The position numbers and the translations under genes are program-made. From Hyphomonadaceae bacterium (GTDB lineage: Bacteria > Pseudomonadota > Alphaproteobacteria > Caulobacterales > Hyphomonadaceae), in NCBI GenBank assembly GCA_035548775.1, contig DASZSI010000144.1:1-42217 (forward strand): 42,217 nucleotides of DNA, in the 5' to 3' direction. Shown here piece after piece: positions 1-8,740 of the stretch. The notes below the pieces were generated by a model, which was not told the origin of the DNA, ran no database searches, and saw only the letters and a list, made by a program, of their open reading frames with translations. Within the stretch, counting starts at the first letter, position 1. Every line of letters begins with the position of its first letter.

Positions 1-477
1 GCGATACCCACACGCGCCGCCCGGATGATTGACCTTGAACGGGGTTACCCGCGCGCCAGCGACGGGCTCGAAGGAGAGCTCCGGCTCAATCGTCTTCCAC
101 TCAAGCCTGGCAGGGAAGGCCGCCGCAGCCTCGGGCGTGAAGGGCGGCTTCAAAAGCGCGCGCGCTGCGGCGTTAGGGTCGTCTCCGTTCGCCATCGACC
201 ACACAGAGATGCGCGTGTCTTTCCGCCACAACGGCGCAAACTGGACGAAGCCGATCAAGTGGTCGATGTGGGCATGGCTCAGCAGGACATGCGCGTGGGT
301 TGGCGCATCGTTCTGCATCAGGCTCTCGCCAAGCCCTCGCAGGCCCGATCCGGCATCGAGGATAAGGCGTTCGCGTCCGCACTTCACCTCGATGCACATG
401 GTGTCTCCGCCATAGCGCACAAACTTGGCGCCCGTGGCCGGGAAGGTTCCGCGCACGCCCCAAAAGGTCACGCGCAT
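1..477 (-). CDS. MBL-fold metallo-hydrolase, N-terminal 159 codons only (gene runs off the left edge)
   Basis: Absent from the ORF track because no stop lies in the window. My reverse-strand translation from the ATG at 477 reads MRVTFWGVRGTFPATGAKFVRYGGDTMCIEVKCGRERLILDAGSGLRGLGESLMQNDAPTHAHVLLSHAHIDHLIGF... and carries an HxHxDH zinc motif (SHAHIDH). The ATG sits 1 nt after the ndh stop (TGAAATG), which suggests an operon. Confidence 0.7.
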   Translation of the reverse strand, partial: MRVTFWGVRGTFPATGAKFVRYGGDTMCIEVKCGRERLILDAGSGLRGLGESLMQNDAPTHAHVLLSHAHIDHLIGFVQFAPLWRKDTRISVWSMANGDDPNAAARALLKPPFTPEAAAAFPARLEWKTIEPELSFEPVAGARVTPFKVNHPGGACGYR

Positions 478-478
478 T

Positions 479-1879
479 TCACGCCGCCTGCCGCTTGGCG
501 GTGGCGCCGCCGTCGCGCGCTGGCCGAGCGGGTTCGTCCACCGGTCCGGTGATAAGCCGCGCGCCGCGCTGGAAGGTCAGGTAGCTCCAGGCCCAATCCC
601 CCGCGACCGAGAACCGGTTGCGGAAACCGATCAGGAAATAGATGTGAGCCAGACACCAGGTCAGCCAGCCGACAAAGCCTTTCAGCTTGATCGCGCCGAA
701 ATCCGCGATTGCCGCTTTTCGTCCAATGGTCGCCAGCGCGCCGAAGTCCTGGTAGCGGAAGGCGTCGCGCTTCGAAGCTGGCGCCCTGGCCAGCTTCTTC
801 AGCAGCCGGCCAAGATATTCGCCCTGCTGCTTCGCCACAGGCGCCAACCCAGGCAATTGCTTACCCTTGTTGTCCTTCGCGAGGGCGCAGTCGCCGATCA
901 CAAAGATCTCGGGATGGCCTTCGATCGACAGATCCGCCTTGACCGGAACCCGGCCAGCCCTGTCCCCCTCAAGGCCGAGCCATTTGGCGACCGGCGACGC
1001 TGCGACGCCCGCCGCCCAGATCACGCACGCGGACGGTAGCGTCTCCTCCGCTGCGCCCATGCTCAGCATGACGCCATCATCGTCAATGCCGGTCACGCGC
1101 GTGTTCATCATCAGCTCGACGCCAAGCTTTTTCAGCGACTGTTCGGTGTAGGCCGACAGGCTTTCCGGGAAAGTAGACAGTGCGCGAGGACCGGCTTCAA
1201 CCAGCACCACGCGTGCGGCCTGCGGGTCGATGGAACGAAAATCGCTTGCCAGGGCGCGATGAGCCAGCTCCGCGATCGAGCCGGCCATCTCCACGCCCGT
1301 GGGTCCGGCGCCGATCACCACGAAAGTCAAAAGACGCTTCCGCGCAGCCTCGTCATGCTCCAGCTCAGCGCGCTCGAAGGCCAGCAGGATGCGCTTGCGC
1401 AACTCGGTCGCGTCCTCGAGCGATTTCAGTCCGGGAGCGAACTGCTCCCAGTCGTCGCGACCGAAGTATGAGTGTCGCGCCCCCGTAGCGAGGATCAGGT
1501 AGTCATAGTTGATGCGATGGCCGGCGTCCTGATTGACCAGCACCACCTCGCGGCGCGCGGTGTCAATGCCGCTCACTGTGCCAAGCAGCACTTCGGCATT
1601 CTTCTGCTTGCGCAGGATAGTGCGGATCGGCGTTGCGATCTGACCGGGAGAAAGACCCGCGGTCGCGACCTGATAGAGCAGGGGTTGGAACAGGTGGTGA
1701 TTGCGCCGGTCGACCAGCGTCACGCGCACGTTTGCGCTGGCCAGCGCCTTTGCCGCCGAGAGCCCGCCGAAGCCAGCGCCGACGATGACCACGCGTGGAC
1801 GGCCGTCGGTTTCGCCCGCGGCGCGCATCTCCGGCGTACAGCCGCATGTTGCGCTGTGAACGTGGAAGGAAGTCTGCAT
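479..1879 (-). CDS. ndh: Type II NADH:quinone oxidoreductase (NDH-2), FAD-dependent
   Basis: Rossmann motif VVIVGAGFGGL, NDH-2 hallmark NHHLFQPLLYQVAT, and a second dinucleotide fold VVIGAGPTGVEMAG. I chose the ATG at 1879 (MQTSF...) because GGAG lies 5 nt upstream. The track ORF extends to 2041 with no protein-like sequence. Confidence 0.9.
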   Translation of the reverse strand: MQTSFHVHSATCGCTPEMRAAGETDGRPRVVIVGAGFGGLSAAKALASANVRVTLVDRRNHHLFQPLLYQVATAGLSPGQIATPIRTILRKQKNAEVLLGTVSGIDTARREVVLVNQDAGHRINYDYLILATGARHSYFGRDDWEQFAPGLKSLEDATELRKRILLAFERAELEHDEAARKRLLTFVVIGAGPTGVEMAGSIAELAHRALASDFRSIDPQAARVVLVEAGPRALSTFPESLSAYTEQSLKKLGVELMMNTRVTGIDDDGVMLSMGAAEETLPSACVIWAAGVAASPVAKWLGLEGDRAGRVPVKADLSIEGHPEIFVIGDCALAKDNKGKQLPGLAPVAKQQGEYLGRLLKKLARAPASKRDAFRYQDFGALATIGRKAAIADFGAIKLKGFVGWLTWCLAHIYFLIGFRNRFSVAGDWAWSYLTFQRGARLITGPVDEPARPARDGGATAKRQAA

Positions 1880-1910
1880 CGCGTTCTCCATGGCGAGGCC
1901 GGTTGGAACG

Positions 1911-2405
1911 TCAGACGGCGGGTGAGAGGAACTGGCCCGCTTTTTGGCCCAGTATGCCCACTTCCCTGAATCGGAAGATAAGAAGCGACAGGCAGCCAAT
2001 CCAGACCGTGCAGGCGGCCATAAATAGCCCGCCGCCGTCATTATTGGGGTCTACGCCCAGGGGGGTGAACAGGTGGAACGAAATGGCGCCGGTCATGATG
2101 GCAAGGCCAAGCGCTGCACCGAGAGGCTGCAGGAAACGGTAAGGCTTCACCAGCATGCCGCCGATGAGCAGGAAGGAGGCGATCAGTTCCGCCGTGCCGA
2201 TGGAATACTGGCTGAAAACGCCGGTGTGCCCGAACAGGCCGGGCGCGCCAAGGCTGGTCGCCCACGCATCCAGACGGCCAAAGATCACCTGTGTCTTTGG
2301 ATGGTCGGTGAACTTGTAGCGCAGCGAGTCGAGGAAGATCGCCGAGTTGAACACGGCGATGCCGTGCGGGGCCCAGGTCTGGGCAAGCTTCAGGACGGAC
2401 GGCAT
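1911..2405 (-). CDS. DoxX-family small integral membrane protein
   Basis: 164 aa starting MPSVLKLAQTWAPHGIAVF..., with about four hydrophobic segments of DoxX style (FLLIGGMLVKPYRFLQPLGAALGLAIMTGAISFHLF). ATG at 2405 is preceded by AGGAG. It ends 31 nt upstream of ndh. Confidence 0.75.
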   Translation of the reverse strand: MPSVLKLAQTWAPHGIAVFNSAIFLDSLRYKFTDHPKTQVIFGRLDAWATSLGAPGLFGHTGVFSQYSIGTAELIASFLLIGGMLVKPYRFLQPLGAALGLAIMTGAISFHLFTPLGVDPNNDGGGLFMAACTVWIGCLSLLIFRFREVGILGQKAGQFLSPAV

Positions 2406-2744
2406 CAGGGCAGCTCCTGGCTGAGAAAGGAAACCGGCAGCGCGCGCGAGGTCTTTCGGACTCTTGCTTTGGGGGAGGGCGCGCGCCGCCGGGAGGGGAA
2501 AGGTTTTGCGTCGGGCACGTAGCGCTCGCCACGCACCAGGGCGAAAGCGGGGTGGAAGTCGTTGCACGCAGTTTCCCAATCAATGTCGTGGCGCATGATG
2601 ACGTCTCCCTGCTCTGGACCCTGGTTGCGTACGAGCCGCTTGCGGCCATGGGGAGAGAGTGCCGAACCCCCGCTTTGAACTGAAATGCCGGGTTCCTATG
2701 GGGTGCATGCGCTTGGCGTATGGACGGCTGCAAAAGTTGCGAAA

Positions 2745-4148
2745 TCAGGCCATCACGGCCAGGTCGACGGGGGTCGAAACGCCCTCCACCGCCGCCTGGC
2801 TCACCAGTCTCAACGGCTCGCCGGCGGCGCCCTGGGCTCGCGCGGTTTCCCACGCCTCGCGCGTGGCGATGACCCGGGCCGCTTCGACCTTGGCGTGTTT
2901 TTCCAGCTTTGCGGCAAGGTTCACAGCATCGCCGATAACCGTGAACTCCAGCCGGTCATCGTGCCCGATCACGCCATGGACAACCGGTCCGTGCGCGATC
3001 GCCACTGCGACACGAAGCGGCGGAAGACCGGCCGCCGCACGATCCGACAGCCATGTGTCGGACGCCGCTAGCAGGGCGGGAATCGCGGCGAAAGCGTCAG
3101 CGGCTTCCCGGCTCGTAGCCTTTGACGTGCCAAAGCTTACCAGCATCCCGTCGCCCATGAACTTGTCGACGGCGCCGCCAGCTGCTTCGATCACCGGCAC
3201 AAACCGGCTCTGGTATTCACGCAGCAGCTCGATTGTCTCGCCCGGCGAAAGCTTGGCCGCCGCTGCGGAAAATCCACGCAGGTCGATGAACATGATCGCA
3301 GCGGGCTTGAGTTCGCCGTCACCGGGTCTCAAGGCGGTGTCGGAGGATCGCACCCGCTCGGCGGCTGACCGGTCGAGGAAACGCGACAGGTCCGCCGCGG
3401 CGATGGATTCGGCGTTGGTCGATATTAGCAGGGCCCGCGCCCGGGCGACGCCGAGAGCAAGGATCGCGGTGACCGCCAGGATCGCAACGATCTTCTCCCA
3501 TTCCGCACCCCAAAGGACGGCGAAGGAGGTCATGTAGACGCGATAGTCGGACGTCACCGGCGCGTCCTTCGCTGCTATCGCCACCAGGACCAGCCAGCCG
3601 ATCGAAGCCAGCACGCCGGTTGCGACAACCTGAGCGGCGTCGAACCGCAATGCCCGAAGGGCAATGAAGATGAAGGCATAGTAGAGCGTCGGTCCCTTGA
3701 GATAGAGCGCCGCGGGGGCATCATACTGAAGCGTGAAGCTCCAGATCGCGACCATCAAGACAAGGATATCCATCGCTGCAGCGATGATGAGAAACGAATG
3801 GCTGGGCGCCCGGCGATAGGCGCACCGCAACCGCCAGGCCACGAAGACGCCCCACGCGAGCAGGGCGATGGGCACGGGCTCGAAGCGGCCCGACTCCATG
3901 AAGGCCCCATGGGTCAGAAGGTAGAGTGCAAAGAACAGCACGATGCCTGCGAGCTGCAGCCAGCCGACCAGGATCTCGATCCGCTCTTCCGCCTCTGCAA
4001 TCGCCTTTGCCACGCGCGGCGGCGGTTGCGGCGAAAAAACCTCCGCAAGCGCCATCATCGCGGGAGCTGCAAGCCGGATGATCCGCTGGCGGAGGGTCTC
4101 CTGGGCGGGCGAGCCGGAGCTGGTGTCAGCCATGCCTACACCGCTCAC
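2745..4148 (-). CDS. Membrane-anchored class III adenylate/guanylate cyclase (class IIIb-like)
   Basis: The N-terminal half is multi-pass hydrophobic. The C-terminal catalytic domain has FIDLRGFS (metal Asp), GGAVDKFMGDGMLVSFG (substrate Lys plus second metal Asp) and FTVIGDAVNLAAKLE. The GTG start at 4148 overlaps the patatin stop (GTGA). An alternative ATG lies at 4133. Confidence 0.85.
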   Translation of the reverse strand: MSGVGMADTSSGSPAQETLRQRIIRLAAPAMMALAEVFSPQPPPRVAKAIAEAEERIEILVGWLQLAGIVLFFALYLLTHGAFMESGRFEPVPIALLAWGVFVAWRLRCAYRRAPSHSFLIIAAAMDILVLMVAIWSFTLQYDAPAALYLKGPTLYYAFIFIALRALRFDAAQVVATGVLASIGWLVLVAIAAKDAPVTSDYRVYMTSFAVLWGAEWEKIVAILAVTAILALGVARARALLISTNAESIAAADLSRFLDRSAAERVRSSDTALRPGDGELKPAAIMFIDLRGFSAAAAKLSPGETIELLREYQSRFVPVIEAAGGAVDKFMGDGMLVSFGTSKATSREAADAFAAIPALLAASDTWLSDRAAAGLPPLRVAVAIAHGPVVHGVIGHDDRLEFTVIGDAVNLAAKLEKHAKVEAARVIATREAWETARAQGAAGEPLRLVSQAAVEGVSTPVDLAVMA

Positions 4149-5218
4149 AGGTAGACGTCGGAAATGTCGATCGTGCTTTGCACTCCAAGATCGTTGAAAC
4201 TTTGCTCGATGAATTTTTCGGCCTGCTCGCGGCCTTCATCACGCAGATGAGTAAGGAACTCCCAATCGCAATTCAGCTTGGAGGAGACCGACAGCTCCTT
4301 CATGAACTCACCGCCTGCGATCGAGTGGATCAGCATGCGCTTCATGTTGGCGCCCGAGAGCGCCTTGTCGTCGATCAGCTTGGTCACAAAGGCGATCGCT
4401 CGCATTTCCCTCATCAGCGAGGAATTGAACGAGATTTCGTTGATGCGATTGAGGATATCCTTGGCCGAGGTCGGCACGTCCGGCCGTTCGATCGGGTTGA
4501 TGTGCACGACCAACACATCGCGGCTGTCGCAAGCATAGATCAGCGGGAAGATCGCCGGATTGCCCATGTAGCCGCCGTCCCAGTAGGCCTCGCCGTCGAT
4601 CTCGACGGCCTGGAACATGAAGGGCAGGCAGGCCGAAGCGAGAACCGCATCGGTCGACAGATCTTTGTTTTCGAATACGCGGATCTTTCCGGTGCGGACG
4701 TTGGTAGCGGAAATGAAAAGCTTGATCGCATCGCACTTCCGCAGCGCTGCAAAGTCCACCGTCTCATCCAGAGCGGTGCGCAGCGGGTTCACGTTCAGCG
4801 GGTTGAACTGGTAGGGCGAGAAAAGCCGCGTCACCAGGTCGAACATCAGGAAGGCAGGCGAGGAATCGAGACCGTGATTGTGCGCCAGCCGATCAAACGG
4901 GGTTGGCTGCAGCGGACTCGAAAGTCCTGCATGCGCAATGCGCCGCCAGAAGTTGGCCAGCGCCGTCTTGGCGCCTTCACGCCCACCTTGCGTCAAGCCA
5001 TAGGCCATCACCGCAGCATTCATCGCGCCGGCGCTGGTGGCCGATACACCTTCGAATGAGACACGGTCTTCCTCAAGCAGGCGATCAAGTACGCCCCATG
5101 TAAAAGCGCCGTGCGCGCCGCCGCCCTGCAGAGCGAGGTTGATGGTTTTGGTCGCCGCGGCTGGCTTGCCCGCCTTGCGCGTGCGGATCGCGGGCATGAG
5201 TTCCGGATTGTCGTACAT
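4145..5218 (-). CDS. Patatin-like phospholipase/esterase family protein
   Basis: Oxyanion loop LQGGGAHGAF, nucleophile-elbow variant ATSAG (G-x-S-x-G type) and catalytic Asp context YWDGGYMGN. A strong SD (GGGAGGA) precedes the ATG at 5218. Confidence 0.85.
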   Translation of the reverse strand: MYDNPELMPAIRTRKAGKPAAATKTINLALQGGGAHGAFTWGVLDRLLEEDRVSFEGVSATSAGAMNAAVMAYGLTQGGREGAKTALANFWRRIAHAGLSSPLQPTPFDRLAHNHGLDSSPAFLMFDLVTRLFSPYQFNPLNVNPLRTALDETVDFAALRKCDAIKLFISATNVRTGKIRVFENKDLSTDAVLASACLPFMFQAVEIDGEAYWDGGYMGNPAIFPLIYACDSRDVLVVHINPIERPDVPTSAKDILNRINEISFNSSLMREMRAIAFVTKLIDDKALSGANMKRMLIHSIAGGEFMKELSVSSKLNCDWEFLTHLRDEGREQAEKFIEQSFNDLGVQSTIDISDVYL

Positions 5219-5239
5219 GGTTTCCTCCCGATTTCTGGA

Positions 5240-6082
5240 TCACTGAGCCGTCCAGGCGCCATCGACGGGCAGCGCCGCGCCGGTGATGCCAAGGCCAAAT
5301 GGCCCCGCGAGGAAGGCTGCCAGCGCGCCGATTTCTTCGACCGTCGCGAAACGCTTGTTGGGCTGCGCCTTCAAGAGGACATCGGTGATGACCTTCTCGC
5401 GCGGTATCTTGTGGGCTGCCGCCTGTTCCTCGATCTGTTTTTCGACCAGCGGCGTCCAGACATAACCCGGGCAGATCGCGTTGGCTGTGATGCCTGCCTC
5501 CGCCGTCTCGAGCGCGATGGTCTTGGTCAGACCGAGCACGCCGTGCTTTGCGGCGACATAGGCCGACTTGAACGGCGAGGCGACGAGCCCGTGAGCCGAC
5601 GCCACGTTGATGATGCGGCCGAACTTCCGCTCGCGCATGCCGGGCAGGGCGGCGCGAACCGCGTGAAACACCGACGACAGGTTGATCGCCAGGATCGCAT
5701 CCCACTTGGCTTGAGGGAATTCTTCGATCTTCGACACGAACTGGATGCCGGCATTATTGACCAGGATATCGACAGCGCCCGCTCGACGTTCGGCGAAGCG
5801 CACCATTTCGACGACTTCATCGGAGCGGGAGAGATCAGCTCCATGATAGTGCACGTCGGTGTCGTGCTTCAGCGCCAGCTCGGCGCGCGTGATCTCGATC
5901 TGCTTCGCGTCGCCGAGGCCGTTGAGCACCACGGTAGCGCCGCGCTGAGCCAGGGCCTCCGCGACCCCGAGGCCAATGCCGCTGGTCGAGCCGGTGACGA
6001 TCGCCGTGCGGCCCTCAAGATTCCGGTCAACCATCATCATGTCGGACGGCTTGGCGGCGGGGTGCATCATTTCGGTTTGCAT
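5240..6082 (-). CDS. bdhA: 3-hydroxybutyrate dehydrogenase (short-chain dehydrogenase/reductase)
   Basis: AIVTGSTSGIGLG NAD-binding motif, NNAG, catalytic S...YVAAKHG, and the BdhA-typical stretch ITANAICPGYVWTPLVEKQI. GGAG lies 6 nt upstream of the ATG at 6082. A shorter start in the MMMVDRN run is possible. Confidence 0.9.
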   Translation of the reverse strand: MQTEMMHPAAKPSDMMMVDRNLEGRTAIVTGSTSGIGLGVAEALAQRGATVVLNGLGDAKQIEITRAELALKHDTDVHYHGADLSRSDEVVEMVRFAERRAGAVDILVNNAGIQFVSKIEEFPQAKWDAILAINLSSVFHAVRAALPGMRERKFGRIINVASAHGLVASPFKSAYVAAKHGVLGLTKTIALETAEAGITANAICPGYVWTPLVEKQIEEQAAAHKIPREKVITDVLLKAQPNKRFATVEEIGALAAFLAGPFGLGITGAALPVDGAWTAQ

Positions 6083-6103
6083 GGGGAGGCTCCTTTTTGT
6101 GAG

Positions 6104-7357
6104 TTATCGGATTGCTGACTTGGGAAGACGAAGCGTGAAGGCGAGCACGGCCGCGAGAACCAGCGCTGCCGCGATGCCACTGACCGTCGCTGGCCAACCA
6201 AAGCGATCGAACACCTGGCCGAGGACAGCGCTGCCAACGAGGCCGCCGAGGAAATAGCTGGCGAGATAGAGCCCCGAAGCCGCCCCCCGGTCGGCGGTGG
6301 CTGCGCGCGAGACGAAGCCGGTAGCGACGGCCTGGGCGAAGAATGTTCCCACGCCGACCATCACCATGCCGATCAGAACGCCGGCCAGATTGCTGGCCAG
6401 CAGCGGAAGCAGGCCCGCGAAGGCGACGCCAAGGCCAAGACACATCGCGCGGCAGGCGCCGATCTTCTGGACCAGGCGTCCGGCCAGCGGCGTCGTCACG
6501 ATGGAGGGCGCGAAGACGAAATAGACCAGGCCGACGCTCATCATCCCCAGTGAAAGTGGCGCGCGCACGAGCACAAAGTTCACGTAGGTGAATGTGCCGA
6601 TGAAGGCGAACAGGATCAGGAAGCCGATGGCGAAGCTGGTACGCAGCGCGGGATTGGACAGGTGCGCCTTGAACGTGTCGAAGGCGGACAGGCCCATGGT
6701 CTCCTGCCCGACCATCTTCGGCGTATTGCGGATGGTAAGGAGAACCAGCACGCCGCCCGCCAGGTTGAGCGCCGCGAACAGGTAGAAATTCCAGGCCAGT
6801 CCAAAATGATCGACCGCATTGGCCGAGATCAGGCGACCCACCAGGTTCGAGGCAACGTTGCCGGTCACGTAGGCGGAAAACGCGCCGGCCGAAGCCGCCG
6901 CCGTGCAGCGCTCGCCCAGATGCGCAAGCGTCAAAGTGAAGGCTGACGACATAAGCACGCCCTGAACGATCCGCAGGGCGGCGAACGTCCCGAGGTCGGG
7001 AGCGTGGGCGAGCAAGGCAGTCGGAATGGAAAGCAGGAAGAGCGCTGCGATGATGCCGATCCGGCGATTGATGCTCTGGCTGAACAGCGCAACCAGGACG
7101 CCGGCGATCGCCATGCCGAGAGTGGCCGCGTTGACGGCGATGCCTGCGGCGGACGGCGCCACGTGATAGCGGGCCGCCAGCGCAGGCAGGATCGCTTGTG
7201 TCGCGAACAGGTCGACCACGGTGAGAAAGGCCGTCAGCCCGATTATGATCAGGCTGAATGCGGGAACCACGGGCCGGGGCCGTGCACGCATCGGGATGGC
7301 GGTCGGGGGCATGACAAATGGTCCGCTTTGAAACTGCGATATGCGTGGCGCCGGCAT
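6104..7357 (-). CDS. MFS transporter (12-TM type, YnfM-like by eye)
   Basis: Hydrophobic throughout with typical MFS loops (GRLISANAVDHFG, GRLVQKIG). The start is uncertain. No clear SD precedes 7357, and in-frame Met codons at 7312 and 7291 are alternatives. Confidence 0.8.
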   Translation of the reverse strand: MPAPRISQFQSGPFVMPPTAIPMRARPRPVVPAFSLIIIGLTAFLTVVDLFATQAILPALAARYHVAPSAAGIAVNAATLGMAIAGVLVALFSQSINRRIGIIAALFLLSIPTALLAHAPDLGTFAALRIVQGVLMSSAFTLTLAHLGERCTAAASAGAFSAYVTGNVASNLVGRLISANAVDHFGLAWNFYLFAALNLAGGVLVLLTIRNTPKMVGQETMGLSAFDTFKAHLSNPALRTSFAIGFLILFAFIGTFTYVNFVLVRAPLSLGMMSVGLVYFVFAPSIVTTPLAGRLVQKIGACRAMCLGLGVAFAGLLPLLASNLAGVLIGMVMVGVGTFFAQAVATGFVSRAATADRGAASGLYLASYFLGGLVGSAVLGQVFDRFGWPATVSGIAAALVLAAVLAFTLRLPKSAIR

Positions 7358-7410
7358 CGGTTTTGGGGGCTGTGGACCGGCGGCGCCACGCTGTCGCAGA
7401 GCGCTGAGGA

Positions 7411-7440
7411 GGGAGTGGGCTTCCGGGGGTGAGGGGGGGG
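7411..7440 (+). repeat. Canonical G-quadruplex motif ending in a G8 homopolymer
   Basis: GGG-AGT-GGG-CTTCC-GGGGG-TGA-GGGGGGGG on the plus strand, C-rich on the minus-strand transcript. It lies in the 136-nt cupin-MFS spacer. Confidence 0.5.
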
Positions 7441-7473
7441 CGGAAGTCCTGCCCTGGCTCAGGCTCTACATCA

Positions 7474-7497
7474 GTAGGCCGTGGGGCGGCGGCCTAC
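7474..7497 (-). terminator. Stem-loop overlapping the cupin stop codon
   Basis: GTAGGCCG / CGGCCTAC form a perfect 8-bp stem with an 8-nt loop. There is no U-tract, so it could equally be an mRNA-stability or processing element. Confidence 0.25.
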
Positions 7498-8003
7498 ATC
7501 ACATGGTCGTCCTTTTTGCCGGTTGCGTCGGCGGGCGGCAGGATGTCGGACGAGAAGAGAACGGCGGTCGTCTTGCCGGTGTTCTTCCACCAGTGCGCGA
7601 TATCGCCCATTTCCGGAATCACATCGCCGGCCTTGTGGACGATCGGCACCGCGCAGTTCGAGCGGTACTCGGTCACCGTGCCCGATTGCACATAGATGTT
7701 GGCGGGGCGCGTGTTGTGCTCGTGCCACGGCACGACGCCGCCCTTCTCGATCACCAGCTTGCGCAGGCGCAGTTCGCGGCCCGCGATGTTGTAGCTGTCG
7801 AGCTTGATGTCGCCGATCACGGTGTCGGTGACCATAGACGGGGTCATCGGGCCCGGTTTGGTGGCGCCGGCCATCACCTTGTCGGCTGGGCATTCGCCGG
7901 CCGAAGCCGTGCCGGTGAAACCGACCATGATCGCTGAAACCGCAGCGGCGGCGGCGACCAGTTTGCGGGGAGAAATCGGGCGGGTCTTGCGGGAGAGGAT
8001 CAT
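7494..8003 (-). CDS. Secreted cupin-domain protein
   Basis: Starts at the ATG at 8003 (MILSRKTRPISPRKLVAAAAAVSAIMVGFTGTASA, signal-peptide-like). Cupin motif GGVVPWHEHNTRPANIYV...HKAGDVI...HWWKNTG. The track ORF extension to 8237 is not protein-like. Confidence 0.75.
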   Translation of the reverse strand: MILSRKTRPISPRKLVAAAAAVSAIMVGFTGTASAGECPADKVMAGATKPGPMTPSMVTDTVIGDIKLDSYNIAGRELRLRKLVIEKGGVVPWHEHNTRPANIYVQSGTVTEYRSNCAVPIVHKAGDVIPEMGDIAHWWKNTGKTTAVLFSSDILPPADATGKKDDHVM

Positions 8004-8252
8004 CTCTGGCGTCTTTCCTGTGTTGCGCGCCAGGCCGAATGCCTCAGCGCCGTGCCAGGAGAAAAACCAGACTCCGTTGTCCGGTTGAAATGCCCGGACG
8101 GTCTCAATTCCATGCAGGTTTCGTATGTAACGCGCTCTCCTCCCGCGTGCGTCATGCATCGGAGTTATCGCGGGGATATTCATCCGGCATTTCAGTTGTC
8201 GTCCGGGCCTTGCGACAACGGCTTCATCGAAAGCCAACAGAAGGCCCTTTCA

Positions 8253-8708
8253 ATGCTGAAGCACGTTTTCGCCGCCGCCTTTGTAGCAGCCGCCGGCTTG
8301 GCCGCCGCTCCTGCGTTCGCGGACAAGCCGCCGGTCTACACTGACGTATTCTCCGACGTGGCGGTCGGCGGCTATGACGCAGTCGCCTACTTCACCGATC
8401 ACCAGCCGGTGGCCGGGAGCGATAAATTCACGACCAAATACATGGGCGCGAAATACAAGTTCGCGACCCAGGAACATCTTGATGCGTTCGTGAAACAGCC
8501 CGCGCTCTACGCTCCGCAATTCGGCGGCTACTGCGCCTGGGCGGTGTCGCAGGACCACACCGCCAAGGGCGATCCCAAGGTCTGGCGTGTCGTCAATGGC
8601 AAGCTCTACCTGAACTACAACACGGATGTTCAGAAGAAGTGGGAAAAGGACATCCCCGGCCTGGTCGCCAAGGGCGAAGCCAACTGGCCCGCCGTTCTCA
8701 AGAAATAG
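8253..8708 (+). CDS. Secreted YHS-domain protein (Cys form of the YHS Cys/Sec family)
   Basis: Signal peptide MLKHVFAAAFVAAAGLAAAPAFA. The YHS-type core is GGYDAVAYF...KYMGAKYKFATQEHLDAF...FGGYCAWAVS. The key Cys is an ordinary TGC codon, with no in-frame TGA. ATG at 8253 checked in the sequence. Confidence 0.75.
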   Translation: MLKHVFAAAFVAAAGLAAAPAFADKPPVYTDVFSDVAVGGYDAVAYFTDHQPVAGSDKFTTKYMGAKYKFATQEHLDAFVKQPALYAPQFGGYCAWAVSQDHTAKGDPKVWRVVNGKLYLNYNTDVQKKWEKDIPGLVAKGEANWPAVLKK

Positions 8709-8740
8709 CGAAGTCCACCCTCCCTGCCGACAGGTGTCCC

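Noticed and set aside
2405-2596. 63-aa ORF upstream of doxX with a GGGAGA SD (MRHDIDWETACNDFHPAFALVRGERYV...).
   Set aside because: The first 30 residues or so look plausible, but the rest is Arg/Pro/Ser-rich like translated non-coding high-GC DNA. I recognise no family. It may be a leader peptide or nothing, and there is not enough evidence to call a CDS.
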